The notes beneath the pieces are model-generated. The model was not told where the DNA came from. It saw nothing but the letters and a program-made list of their open reading frames with translations, and ran no database searches. The translations under genes were made by a program, and so were the position numbers. DNA of 64,000 bases, taken from NCBI GenBank assembly GCA_951406725.2, contig OX597839.1:30380001-30444000 (forward strand), in the 5' to 3' direction. Numbering within the stretch: position 1 is the stretch's first letter; each line of letters begins with the position of its first letter. Positions 26,291 to 39,809 of the stretch are shown in pieces. The DNA comes from Octopus vulgaris (lineage: Eukaryota).

Positions 26291-28144
26291 CTCATCATTT
26301 AACTTCCCTATTTCATGCTGGCATGGGTTAGATGATCTGACAAGATCCAATGGTTTAAGACTGGTTTCTATAGCTGGATACCAACCACTAAAGAGTGGAC
26401 TGGATGTTTTTTTCCTCAACACCAACACTAGTGAGACTATGAACCCCAAGGTGTGGTGGTGGTGGTGGTGGTGGTGGTGGTGGTGGGGGCAATTTGATGC
26501 TAGGAGACTGAGAAGTGTGAGAGAAGAGGGCAGAGCAGGTTTTTTGCAGTAGAAAATCTGCATGGCTCCTCACATCTAGAAGAAACTGGAGAATGATCCA
26601 GGTGGAGCTGTACAGAGATAAACAGTAGTGATGGGGCATCTGGGTGACCTCTCAAGATATAGGAGTAGGTCGAAGAGGGTGGGGACAGAGGAATGAGGAA
26701 GGGGGTGAGTGGGGGGTTTGCTGAAGTGACTGGGAGAGTGAGAGATAGGGGGAATGGGCAAGGAGAGGGGGGTAGGCAATAACTGTAAAGCCTGGGTAGG
26801 GCAAAAGGGTGGCAATAGTGAATAGTGGGTAAGTGGTGGGGAAATGACTGATGATGCATGCTTTTGGGGAAGGTGGAGGGACGAGGGGGCAGTGGCTTTA
26901 TGAGTAGATGGGGGAGGCTGAGGGAGAGATAATGTGGTCTTGTAGGCTGTGGAAGTGGGGGAGAGGGGTGTAGTGCGGGGGGGGAGGGGTGTAGTGCATG
27001 AAGAGAAAAACCTATGGCACTGGGGGGAGCTCAGTAGAGGAGGGTGAAAGACACAGATATATATATATATATAAATAAAATATATGATAAATAGGCAAAA
27101 ATATTTGTATGTATATCTAGAGATACGTAGTCATACCTACAATCATGCATATATGTGTGCGTATACACACAGAAATGCACACACTTATATACATACATGC
27201 ACAAATATACATATATATGTTCACGAATGCATTGATTGAGATTATATATATATAAATACACAGGCACGTTTACACATACACACACATATACATACAATAT
27301 CCACACACATAGACACATACATACATATATGCAGTGTAAAAGTCTATCGTTATTACGCATTTCGATTTTTGTGTCTAAATTATGTGAACAAATGTTGTAA
27401 CGTGACGTTAAACACGCAGCAGGGTTGCACAACTGCTACATGGCAAGACGGTCGACTGCTACGAAATAGATTAGCTTTTTGGCATTGCACCTCATAGAAA
27501 ATACATACTGATGCATAATAATAATAATACAAACAACAACTATAATAACAAAAATAATAATGATATAATCAGGAAATTAATAAACCTTTAATTATATATT
27601 GTAAAAAAGAAAAGAGGGAGGGGGGCTTAGTGAAAAAATGTTTATTATGCATAGACTTTTATTGTGTGTGTATGTATGTATGTATATATATATATATACA
27701 TACACACACACACATATATATACATATACATACATATGTATACACACATACACACACATGCATACACCCATGTGATAGAAAGGCCAACTAGCTTCAAGAA
27801 CTATGCCTAAATACTTTGCACCTGATCTGTAGCAGCATGGGAAAATGTTGATATACACACACACACACACATACGCATGCATTTATACATATATTTATAC
27901 ATACATAGCATATTACATATATATATAGCAGAGTCGGCTAAGAACACAGTCACTACAACCGTTAGAAAGAAAGATGAAATCTGCGTTAATTAAGACACTA
28001 TATTCCTAAAATGGGAAGGACACATGTTGGACAGTGAAATATGAGTCAGATGCCATTTTTGAGTGAATAAAGCTGGGTTGGTCATGGCTGGAACACCTCT
28101 TTTATGCACAAATCTGTAAACATACTTTCATAGATACAAACATG

Positions 28145-28184
<40 letters not shown>

Positions 28185-28826
28185 TAAGGCTGTATACACA
28201 CTTACACGTGTATATAGATAAATGGAGGAGTTTACAATTGTCGATAATAATAATAATAATAACAACATTGTTTCTCTTTGTGTTCCCGGCATTGTATCAA
28301 TATCGTTATTTCAAGGATGATATATTTTGGTGTGTGTGCGTATGTGAATGCCCTCGCCCCCCCCCTCGTCTGACACACATAAGGAGTCATTTTCTTCACT
28401 GTGACTGACAGCAATGACCGGGGGGGGGGGTGCATATAACAAATCCTAGACAACCTTCTTGTACACGAACAAGCAAAGCAGCTTCTTCTCGGAAATCGCT
28501 TAACCCTTGCTAGAAATAGCAGCTATATCTTCCTTCAACCACACTTTACTACGTCTAAAGAGAAAAGTGGAATTTAGACAGAAACACAATAGACAGGTTG
28601 GTCATGCCTGGAATGTCACAGATCATAGATTTGCTCAGAAACAAAGCTCACCTGTAGATAAACCAGTTGCTCCCTTTTTCTACATTTAACAAGGAACAGA
28701 AATCCTGCGTTTCCCTTTAAATGTGCTGGATGCTGTGTCCCTCATGCATTTCCCTGTGATATTAACAATGGCTTAAGTGCAGGTATTTAGCTTCAACAGA
28801 GACAAGAAAATTGAGCTGTAGTTTCC

Positions 28827-28900
28827 ACTTACCTGGCCTGGAGCTTACATTTCAGGTGATACTAAAATTACTAAATTAGCTTGGCACTCTTCTTCCCCTA
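28827..28900 (-). other. Candidate donor of a non-coding 5' exon (exon ends at 28833)
   Basis: Perfect CCAG|gtaagt on the minus strand, upstream of the 23079 acceptor; exon 5' boundary unknown. Confidence 0.3.
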
Positions 28901-29439
28901 TCACTGCATCACATCTTACCTCCTCTCTTTCTCGCTCTCTCTCTCACTGTACACTGACTACCTCTCTTACTATCTGCATCTCTCTCTCTCTCTCTCGCTA
29001 TTTCTACACACACATATACACACATATATATATAAAGCCAAACTATGTAATTGTCACCAATTCCTACTTCTCTCCTTCTATTACGGCCTTTCTCTCCCTC
29101 TTAACTATTTCTCTATAGACACACACACACACACATATTGCCAAACTGTCTAATTGGCAACTGTTATCCTCTTCTCTCTCTCTATCTATCCATCTCTCAC
29201 TCTCTCTTCTCTCTCTGTCTTTCTATCTCTCCCTCTCTCCCCCTCATTTACTGAAACTAATGACTGCTTTTGGAAAATTCTTTCTTTTGTCTTTCCCTTA
29301 ATTTCCTTTTCTCTTTTCCAAATCTTTATTTCCCCACCACTGCTCCCCAGTCCCTTCTTACCCCCTGTACCCCACCCCATATTCACCCACCTGACAAATG
29401 GTTAACATTACCTTAGCAACTGCTCTGCTACTACATTTA

Positions 29440-30195
29440 AAATAATAATAACAATAACAATAATAACAACAACAACAATGGCTTATCTTTCACTCTATCC
29501 CAATGAATGACTGGTGTCTAACCATTCCATCACCATCCACCACTTTGCACTGGTTGCTGTTACTACTGCTACTACTGCTACCTTTGGCCATGACCAAAAC
29601 CCCCACCCCCATCATCATCATCATCATCATCATTGCCATACTATTCCTACAAGAACCTTTCAACTACATGACCACCACCACCACTATTACTACTGTGGAC
29701 AGTCTTCCTTCCTACCATCAGCAACCAAACAGGGATCAGTCTCCCTCACATCACTAACCATCATCATAACAGTAACAACAACATCACCACCACCATCATT
29801 ATCATCATCATCAACATCATCACAACCAACAACAATTACAACAACAACAACAACAACAACAACAGCATCAACACCAACCGGTCTGGTTTCCGACGACTAC
29901 CAATGCAAACTATTGACAGACAACCTTCATCTTCGTCTCGGAATCTCTTTCAACAGACTGGGAAAAAGAAAGAAAGAAACTCACCCCCCACCCCCATCAT
30001 CATCATCATCTTCATCTATGCCACTACACCAGCCATGCTACTGTTGCTACACATCATCAAGTCTCGCAGCAGCAGCAGCAGCAGCAGTGCTACTACTACT
30101 GCTACTACTACTACTACTGCTGCTGCTACTACTACAAACCCCACTCCCACCCCAGGTGTCACCCATTCTCATAGTTGCACATCATCATCATCAAA
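29440..30195. repeat. Compound trinucleotide microsatellite field (CAT, CAA, CAC, CAG, CTA)
   Basis: Directly visible runs; source of the spurious ORF 29514-30230. Confidence 0.9.
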
Positions 30196-31797
30196 AATGG
30201 TGCTATAAGAACTTCCATGTAATCACTTAATCTACTAGAAATAGCAGCCAAGTTCCACACTCTTTCAACAAAGGAAGGCACATTAGATTATCTAGTCCTA
30301 TATATATATATATAAACAGGATGGTCACAGCTGGAATGTCATTCATCATATCAGTACTGAACAACAACAACATATGAAAGAAACAAGGGAACCTCAATAT
30401 TGTCGCTTGACCTGCAAGAAAGAGAAGCAAAATCTCCCTAAAAACTGGTAGCACTATGTCTGATGGAGTGGTCATGGTTTGACTCAAAGGACTGACCCAG
30501 GGCTAAACCACAACCCCTATTCCGTGTACACCATCCATACAGAACCCTATGTTAAACAATGTAGAAAAAGGCAGGATGGGCACGGACGGAATGTCTGTCG
30601 GGTTAGGGCTGAGTAACAAAGAGTGAGACCACATCAATAACAACCACCACAGTAACTGCTACCACCACCTCCGCCACCGCCTATACACTACTATCGATTA
30701 TTATCTCCTCCTTTGCCATGCAGTGAACGGGGGGGGGGGTTAAAAATGATTCAGACTTTGACAGAAGCTGGAAACCATTGCCAAGTGGATTAGGAGGGGA
30801 GTGGGAGGAGGAGGAGGAGGAAAGGGAAAGGAGGAGGAGGAGGAAGAGGAAAGGGAAAGGAAAACTGATTCATTCCTTATTGATGAAAGAAAAGAACAAC
30901 TTGGCAAAGGGAATCAGCTGCAGAGGGAGGAACAGGGTGTGCGGCTGTGTGTGTGTGTGTGCGCGTGTATGTATACATATGTATGTGTATGTATGTATGT
31001 ATGTATATGTAGACACACTGTGTAAGTTTCTATATAAATACACACACGCATACATTCATAGTTCTGACACGTGCATAGATACATTTATGCGTATGTATGT
31101 ATACACACCTATTTCTATATACATTCACAGACATGTGTATTTACATACATGCGTGTATGTGTATACATTCCTACATGTGTGACTGGTTTAGGATATCAGA
31201 GCTGTTACAGGTTAAACGTATTTCAAATTAACATACAAAATATAATGTCTGAAATACATGTGTGTGTGTGTAGGTATGTATATGTGTGTGCGTGAATATT
31301 ATATACGTAGGTATATGTATGTGTACATGCATGTGTGCGTATATATATATATAGGTATTTGTGCAGCGTGTGAGTGTGTATGGAGCAAATGTCACCTGTG
31401 ACAGTCAAGCGCAGTCGTGTCACTCTGTTCGTTTGCATTAAATCCCCGTTAAAAGTGCACGTGACTGGGGATTGCTTTTGTTCCGGAAGGAAGCAGAACA
31501 GGTAGTAACATTGATCCTTTGTTTTCACACCTGTTTTGCCATGGGTTAAACAGATGTATTTATTAAGGCCATTGTTTTATACCTGGATGCCATTCTTCTT
31601 CGCAAGCCTTATCCATTTTCCAACGAAGACTTCTTTTATCCCACAGTTTCAAAAGCACAGACGACAATTCATTGGTAAAGGAAATGAAAAGATTATTTGC
31701 TTCAAGTGCAACAATTTTTAAAGAAGCACAAAACACACACACAAACATATACATCATCATTTCAACTTTTCCTTTTCCACACCTGCATGGGTTAGAC

Positions 31798-32143
31798 CAG
31801 TGGTTCTCTACCAGGATCGAGGGGGGGGGGGGCACGGAGCAAAATAGCAAATTGCAGATCCATAATAGTCTTTTAAGGGCCCCTGAAAAAAATATTGCTT
31901 TAGACATATGTATTGATATGTATTGCAAGAAACAGCTTGGTTTTTTTGGGGTTTTTTTTTAGTTTTTTGCCTCTAACATTTTACATAGTTCAACCTACAC
32001 AAGTTAATGCGTGAAAAACAAAATAGCAACTTTGAAAGACATTTCTAGAAAACTAATTTTTAAACATCAGATGGCTACAGGGTTCCACCAGAATAAGATA
32101 GTAATCAAAGGGGCCATAGTTAAAAATTGGTGAAGAAACCCTG
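31798..32143. mobile_element. hAT MITE inserted into an RTE-tail copy
   Basis: TIRs cagtggttctctacc...ggtgaagaaaccctg; perfect 8-bp TSD ggttagac (31790-31797, 32144-32151). Confidence 0.8.
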
Positions 32144-32889
32144 GGTTAGACAAACACATAACAGAGGTTCTGTTTCACAGTGAAACATTTTTTTACAGCT
32201 GGATGCTCTTCCTGCCATCAACCCTCGTCTGTCTCCACGGTGAAGTAGAAAGCTAGCAGAATCATTAGCAGTGTTTTGTTTGTCTTCACTGCTTGTGAGT
32301 TCAAATGCTACCAAGGTCAACTTTGCCTTTCATCCTTTTGAGGGTGGATAAAATAAGACCCTGTCGAGCACGGTGGGGTTGATGTAATCAACTTTACCCC
32401 TTCCCCGAAACTGCTGGCCTTGTGCTAAAATATGAAACCAATATTTTTCCATGATCAGACATGCTTTTACAGAAACAAATGACACCGCTTGTATGACAGT
32501 GATGCTCATTTACAACTGTCGGGCAACGTCAAGACAAGAAGACACACGCATGTGTGTGCACGGCAGGCTTCGTACAGATGCCATCGAGGAAATTCACTTT
32601 TGAACCATTGGTCAATGCAGGCAAGAGAAGAAAACACTTGTCCACGGTGCCACACAGTGGGACTGAACTCAGAACCACACAACTTCCCATATATAAGAGT
32701 GTGTGTGGGTGTGAGGTCATTAAATCTAATCAGAGCATAACTAATTCTTCACTGCACACATATACCTATAACAGTCTTAATAACATCTCTATCATGGGCC
32801 CTCAGATGGCTCCTTAGCAATACTCAGGTGACGAATCACAACCACAATAGCTCCACCCTCGTTTAATCAGCCAAAGTGGATTTCCAGTT

Positions 32890-33120
32890 CAGCACAAGAT
32901 GACCGAACCTTTGGATATAAAGAACAACAGTGCCTCATTGGCGCTGCTGCTGGGGCTGTTTGCATATAAGAATCCAGAGTTGGTTTTTCAAAACGTGACC
33001 TTTCAGGGATTGAAAAGTCCAACTTTTGAAGGTGTAAGGAGTCCACAAATTATACAGTGGGATTATCTCTGGATAACTACAACAACAGGCTGTTCTCAAG
33101 ACATTAGAGTTCACGATTCG
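32890..33120 (+). pseudogene. Possible Ty3/Gypsy gag N-terminal relic
   Basis: LLLGLFAYKNPELVFQNV resembles the KLPPFWxxNPELWFxQVE gag motif; very decayed. Confidence 0.3.
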
Positions 33121-33529
33121 TTGGACAACTTTTCTTCAAGGCAGTGCCCCAGTATGGCCACAGTCTAATGACTGAAAGAAGCTAACGATAAAAGATGTAA
33201 GTATATATATATAATTAGAGAGAGAGGGGGGGATTTTAGCCGGACTGAAGGTGACATGGTGTTGGAACAGTGAAGTGGACTCAGCCACAGAAGTCAAGAG
33301 AGAGGTCTTGGAAAGACTGTAAAGACAAGTGCAGCAGAGAAGTAGGGGAGGTGGTTGGAAGGTGAGGGAGAGGGAGAAGTAGAAAAGTATGAAGTCTACC
33401 GATGTTGTATGAAAATGAGTTGTGGGGGTGGGTGAGGTATTCTGGATTGTAAGGCAGTGTATCAGAATGAATGGAAATGTTGTAAGGAGTGGGCAAGGAC
33501 AGATGGCAGTGCACTTGCACTCAGTGATT

Positions 33530-33900
33530 CTGCAAAGAAACAAGCATAGAATCGGCTACCGTGAAAAGTGACTAAAGTTGGGAGAATGCCTGGGAGAAAA
33601 ATTGCACTCCAAATGTGAACCTGTCAAGGAGACAAAGCAGAATGGTAGAGAAAGCAATTAAGGATATGAAGACAGGGTAGGTCCCAGGTCCCTCATGAAT
33701 TACTCCTGAGATGCTTAAAGTATCTGGTAGAGTGAAATATGGCCCAGTCACCATATTAGTTAGTACAAGAAGACAGCATACCCAATGACTTGTGTAGCAG
33801 CATCATAGCCATCTGCTACAAGAGTAAAGGAGATGCGGAAGAGAGAGCAAACTGCTGGACCAGGTCACAGAAGTTACACAAAGAATTGATTTGGGGGAGA
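33530..33900 (+). pseudogene. Decayed RTE LINE ORF fragment (N-terminal RT region)
   Basis: Motifs VEKAIKDMKTG*VPGPS*ITPEMLKVSG, IPNDLCSSIIAICYKSKGDA and KLLDQV, with stops and frameshifts. Confidence 0.7.
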
Positions 33901-34737
33901 GAGTTAGCCTAGGTGAGGGGCAAGAAAAACAAATGTTTACAGATATAATGGCAGGGGCCTGTTGAATGATTGCAATTGGTTGGCTTTGATCATAGAGTGA
34001 AATGTAAAAAGTGGGACAGGAATGTTATTAATGTTAAGTGATGGGGATCTTTGTTGACAAGAACAACCAGTTTGTTATAAGGCACTGGGGAAAGTGGGGG
34101 GTATTGGTATGGGTGAGTTGGTAGCAGGCAAGTAAGCAGTGTATTGCTATATGTATTAGAGAGAGAGGTGGGAGGGGTAGAATGACTGATGTACAAAGAA
34201 ATTAGGTACCTATGGCGAATGAGCTGTGTGAGGAAAGATGGGGACAGTTGCTAGGCTGCAGTCAGAACTTTGTCAAGAGAATATTTTAAATGCCTACAGG
34301 CTGACAAAATCTCAGCCTTTTTGTTTGACATATTGCAGTGTGGAATCTTAATTCAACTGCTTTGTGGGGAATGTCCTACATAGACTGTTTCTTATGTTTT
34401 GTTTTAGCCATTTCTTATTACTACATTATTAGGGGTAGGGTCCCAATGAATATATCCATGTAAAGGGACAGACTCGCTACATTCCTACTCCATGTTGTTA
34501 TTGTTATAAGATTTGTCTTCATTAACTCTCCTGAATCAAAACTAATATATTATTTAAAATGCTTCCTTCCACCAGAGGTGCAAGGCCTAAGCTTGCTAAA
34601 ATATTGGTTTCAAATTTTGGTACAATGCCAGCATGCTCAGGGGAGGTGGGCATGAGTCGATTACATTGACTTCTGCTGATAATTATTTTATCAACCCTGA
34701 AAAGGATGAAAGGCAAAGTCAACCTTGGTAGAATATG

Positions 34738-34896
34738 TTTGCTCAAATATTGAGGATTCTAAGCACTAATGGTTAATTTGCTCAAATATTGAGGATTCTA
34801 AGCACTAATGGTTAATTTGCTCAAATATTGAGGATTCTAAGCACTAATGGTTAATTTGCTCAAATATTGAGGATTCTAAGCACTAATGGTTAATTT
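34738..34896. repeat. Perfect 39-bp tandem repeat, 4 copies
   Basis: Unit gctcaaatattgaggattctaagcactaatggttaattt at 34741, 34780, 34819 and 34858. Confidence 0.95.
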
Positions 34897-35083
34897 TAGA
34901 TTAAATTTCTTAAATGTGCTTCTTAAATTCTTCCTTGAATGTCTCCATGCTCTGGCCATTCCTGTCCTGAGAGGCCTCCAGTCAATCACCTCTGTACAAA
35001 CCGAATGTGGAGATGATCATTCTTGTTTCTAGCCAGACCAAAAAAGGGACCTGAGTGACCCATTTTCCTTCAGCAATATTTAA

Positions 35084-35303
35084 CCCTTTAATATTTAAAC
35101 CAGACATAGCTGGTCCAAATATTCTCCCTGTTTTATATCCAGACTGGCCATGTCTGGCATCTCACACAATCTCTACAATGTTATTCTAAAAACATTCATA
35201 TCATCAAAATCTTGAAGTTATGACATAATGCCAGGATTAATTCAAAACAAGGAAGAATAAATAAGCAGAGAACATTCGACAGAGTAATTTGAATGCCAAA
35301 GGG
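35084..35303. mobile_element. piggyBac-type MITE
   Basis: TTAA|CCCTTT...AAAGGG|TTAA ends; partial relatives near 15327, 21550-21706, 46500-46585 and 54096-54207. Confidence 0.7.
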
Positions 35304-35911
35304 TTAAAGTGGCCCTGAATACATGAAGATGCTCAACACACACTGCTTTCCCACCAGAAGAACCCTTCTTCGTAAAACCAGTGTGACTTGCTCCTTGCAG
35401 TATGTGTTCTTTACTGTTCTGTACGAGTGATGAGCATGTTCCTAACTTCAGAGACAGCTGGCCACCACCGCTGATGACAACAACAACAACAACAGACCAC
35501 CAACCCATTAAAAACAAATAATTTCGCTTGCCTTTCTCTTCTAATTCTGGGAGCTGAAACCAAGTTCTTCTCTTTGTGCTTATGTCACATCAAACATTAA
35601 AAATATTAAAAATAGGAGGAAATGGAGCAAGAAAGACAGTGACAAGCCACAGAGTGAATCACCAGCTTCGAATTATGTGTCTGTGTGTGTGCACAGGTTT
35701 GCAGATATGCAACACACACACACAAATACTTTCATACAAATATTTATGTAACCTTAACATGTACATACATAATATATCTATGCTTGCAGACAGCCAAACA
35801 TATCTAAATCAATACTTATAGAGATATAAATAGTATCACACACACACAGCTACAGATAAATGTGCTACATGCAGTTAACAATGGAACATCTGCTTTATAC
35901 AAGTGTGTGTG

Positions 35912-35947
<36 letters not shown>

Positions 35948-36269
35948 TCATGAATTTACTTAAGCATAATGATACTAACGATAAGGTGTTGGGAATTCAA
36001 TATGCACGTTTTAGAGTTATGTGTTAGGTCAGTGCAAAGTGTAATATGAAATTAATGAATGACAAGGAAACAGGAATCACATAATCAACTTCATTAGCTT
36101 ACAGCTGTTTCTGCTGCAGGAAACAGTGCACTCAAAGCTGGGTGTTTGAGCAACATCCTATAGTTTTCTAAGGGCCATCAAATTGAAGTGAATGTATGTT
36201 ATTTTAAACAATTGCAGCGTGGAAGGTGTTTGTAAGCCATTTAAGAAACACACAAAATTATCACATAAG

Positions 36270-36640
36270 AAAACCATCCGAACATGGCCGTAGCCAGTAC
36301 CGCATCGACTGGCCTCTGTGCTGTGGGCACGTAACAAACACCATCCGATCGTGGTCGTTTGCCAGCCTCGTCTGGCACCTGTGTCGGTGGCACATAAAAA
36401 ACACCATCCGAGCGTGGCCGTCTGCCAGCCTCGTCTGGCACCTGTGTCGGTGGCACATAAAATCACCCACTACACTCTCGGAGTGGTTGGCGTTAGGAAG
36501 GGCATCCAGCTGTAGAAACACTGCCAGATCCGACTGGCCTGGTGCAGCCTTCGGGCTCCCCAGACCCCAGTTGAACCGTCCAACCCATGCTAGCATGGAA
36601 AGCGGACGTTAAATGATGATGATGATGATGATGATGATGA
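36270..36640 (+). mobile_element. 5'-truncated RTE LINE 3'UTR copy with internal tandem subrepeat
   Basis: About 63-bp repeat aaacaccatccga...gccagcctcgtctggcacctgtgtcggtggcacat, then conserved tail and (GAT)n. Confidence 0.85.
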
Positions 36641-37126
36641 AGGCAGCGAGCTAGCAGAATCGTTAGTGCATTGGATGAAATCCTTAGCAGTATTTTGCCT
36701 GTCACTACGTTCTGAGTTCAAGTTTTGCCAAGGTCGACTTTTCCTTTCATCCTTTTGGGGTCAATAAATTAAGTACCAGTTGAACACTGGAATCCATGTA
36801 ATGGACTCATCCTCTCCCAAAATTTGAAACCATATATTGGAGTTGCCTTTGTGGAGGTTTGCACTCTCTGAGTGTTCTATTATTATCATTATTATTATTA
36901 TTAAGGTGGCGAGCTGGCAGAATCGTTAGCACACTGGATGAAATGCTTAGCTGTATTTTGTCTGTTGCTACGTTCTGAGTTCAAATTCCGCCCAGGTCAA
37001 CTTTGCCTTTCAGGGTTGATAAATCAAGTACCAGTTGAATACTGGGGTTGATGTAATTGACTTTGCCTCTCACCCAAAATTTCAGGCGTTGCGCTTATTG
37101 TAGAAAGGATTATTATTATTATTATT
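36641..37126 (+). mobile_element. Two tandem SINE family A copies
   Basis: Heads at about 36641 and 36905; central blocks; (TTA)n tail. Confidence 0.85.
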
Positions 37127-37580
37127 GAAAGAAATTATATTAAATAATTAAACAAAAATATAAATAAAACAAAAATAACTGTTGTAACACACACAGACAC
37201 AATCATACATACACACACACATTCACATAAACCAATAAATCTGTAACTTCAGTACATTACCCAGACGGTGTTGTTGTTGTTGTCTTTATTCCAGTTCAGA
37301 GCTGACAGAAACAACAAACTGTGTTGAGAAACAAAACAAGAGGACCCAGGATCTTTTCTCTCTTGAGACAAACCTCAGAGACTCTTTCAAAACCAGGAAA
37401 ACCTTCACACAAAAGAGTTTCACTAAACACATCACAGACTGTTTACTATCTGTGGTGTATATATAGTTGTATGCATGGGTGTATGTGTGTGTATATACAC
37501 ACACCCACACACATATAGATATATGGTGGTTGCACACACACACACACACATGTATGTGCCTGTGTGAAAAAACTTACAAG

Positions 37581-37616
<36 letters not shown>

Positions 37617-37760
37617 CGTATGCGAGAGATTGTACTGTTATTTGGTGACTGAGAAGATGTTGGTCCCCTGGAATTGTTTGTCATGGCCAAATGTAAAATT
37701 AGAAAGGGAAAAGGAAATGTTTTCAAGGATTGGTAAATCTCATGGCATGTTGCAGGGCCA

Positions 37761-37810
<50 letters not shown>

Positions 37811-37870
37811 TATACCACTAAAGGGTATATCAGAGGAATAAAATCTACTACTACTACTGCTACCATATCA

Positions 37871-37914
<44 letters not shown>

Positions 37915-38682
37915 AATCTAGCAAGTAGTTAATTACAGACTTGGTAAACATCCCACCACCATCGCCCCCTCCCTCTTTCTTCCCAGTCTGTTGTTCCTCA
38001 ACACCCCTCTATCCCCACCTCTTTTTTTTACTCCTGTTACCAGAGTTAAGGGGTAAACGGGGGTAACAGCAGATAGCAAGAGAGAAAACTAGGCTAAGTT
38101 TGATAAAACCAAATTTGAAATGAAAAACATTTCTGAGAAGACATTTCATGGGACAATAAATGAAGGGAGGGGATGGGGGGAGATGGATTTACAAGCCAGG
38201 CAGATGACCACAGCACTTCACACACACCATATTACACAGGGTCACTACAATATCTTTCACTTGTTTCAGTCATTAGATTGTGGTCATGCTGGAGCACCAA
38301 CTTGAAGCCTTTTAGCTGAAAAAAATCGTCCCCAGCACTTATTTGTTTTGTTTTTTTTACTTATTCTATCAGTCCCTTTAGTCACACTGCTAAGTCATGA
38401 GGGCTGTAAACAAACCAACACTGGTTGTCAAGTGGTGGAGTGGTGGTGGGAGAGACACACAAACACACACACATTCTTTTATTCGTTTACTTTTTTCAAT
38501 CATTTGATTGCGGCCATGCTAGAGCACCACTCTGATGGGTTTTAAGTGAATAAATTGACCCCAGGACTTGCTTCTTTTAAAGCCTAGTACTTACTCTCTT
38601 GGTCCGTTTTGCCGAACTGCTAAGTTACAGGGGACATAAACAAGCAGGGGGGGACAAACAGACAGAAGGACACACGTATACA

Positions 38683-39385
38683 CAGGGTGGAGTGAATAAA
38701 TGGTCATCTAAATTGCAGTCTGGGGAGTTAGGTGGCCAGATGTTAGGGGTGATGTGGTTGCAGAAATTGTCCGACAGCCATGACTGGGTTCTCCTGCTTG
38801 TGAGGCATGGCACAGAGTCCTGTTGCCAGACATAAGGTCATCCAGCAGCCACCCTCTTGACCAAGGAGAGCATTACCTCCTCCAGGTACTTGATGTAGGC
38901 CTCCATGTTGAGTCTGAGGCCATGTGGGAAGATGAATGGAGGTATAATGTCATCATCGCAAGTGATCACTCCAAACACCATGATGTTAACTGGATGTTTG
39001 ATTTTTATCACCCTCAGTACATGTTTTAGGGACACAGCAAGCCAAAGGTTGTTCTGTGTTCTCATATCTGATCCTGGCAGAAATTGTTCTTGTTAGAGAA
39101 ATACCAAAGCATGTTCAGTTGAAGGAGATGTTTGAGTTTGTTCAAAAGCTTTGTAGCATGGTCTTTCCTCTTGTCCTTGATGGCTCGGGATAAAAATAGG
39201 CCCTTTCTCCTCTTGTATGAGGTATATCAAATGTCTTAATGCACTACTTGCCTGATAAGAAACTCAGGCACCCCCATGTCCCTGGTGATGAACCTGATTG
39301 ACTTGGAGGGATCATTGTCAATCATGGCCTGGATCTCACCAACAAAGTATATAAAATGGCAATAATTTACCCATTGCAACATATA
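38683..39385 (-). mobile_element. Internally deleted Tc1/mariner element, maT (DD37D)-like transposase relic
   Basis: KHPVNIMVFGVIT...PPFIFPHGLRLNMEAYIKYLEEV and QDSVPCLTSRRTQSWLSDNF...WPPNSPDCN; HTH-like DNDPSKSIRFITRDMGV; terminus cagggtggagtgaataaa. Confidence 0.8.
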
Positions 39386-39773
39386 TATATATATATACAA
39401 CAAGCTTCTTTCAGTTTCTGTCCACCAATCCACTCACAAGGCTTTGGTCACCCTGAGGCTATAGTAGAAGACACTTGCCCAAGGTGCCACACAGTGGGAC
39501 TGAACCTAGAACTATCTGGTTGGGAAGCAAACTTCTTACCACACAGCCATGCCCGGCCAGAAATAGATTTTAAAAAAAACTAATGATAATCTTCCAGAAA
39601 CAAAGATTTCAGCCAGGTTGATGAAAGTCTTGGATGGAAGAATATTTAGAGCAGAAGGGACTGGACAAGTGACACCCGTGGACATCATTAGGTGAACTCA
39701 GATGGATAATGTGGGCAGGGAAGAATGCATGAAATTTTTTGCACATACATACATACATACATACATACATACA

Positions 39774-39809
<36 letters not shown>

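Noticed and set aside
29514-30230. 238-aa His/Thr/Ser/Ala/Leu-run ORF
   Set aside because: Built from trinucleotide microsatellites; no domain or splice support
34738-34896. CRISPR-like array
   Set aside because: Units are contiguous with no spacers, in eukaryotic DNA
35340-35470. Open minus-strand segment GGGQLSLKLGTCSSLVQNSKEH...
   Set aside because: Weak splice sites and no phase solution linking it to the flanking exons
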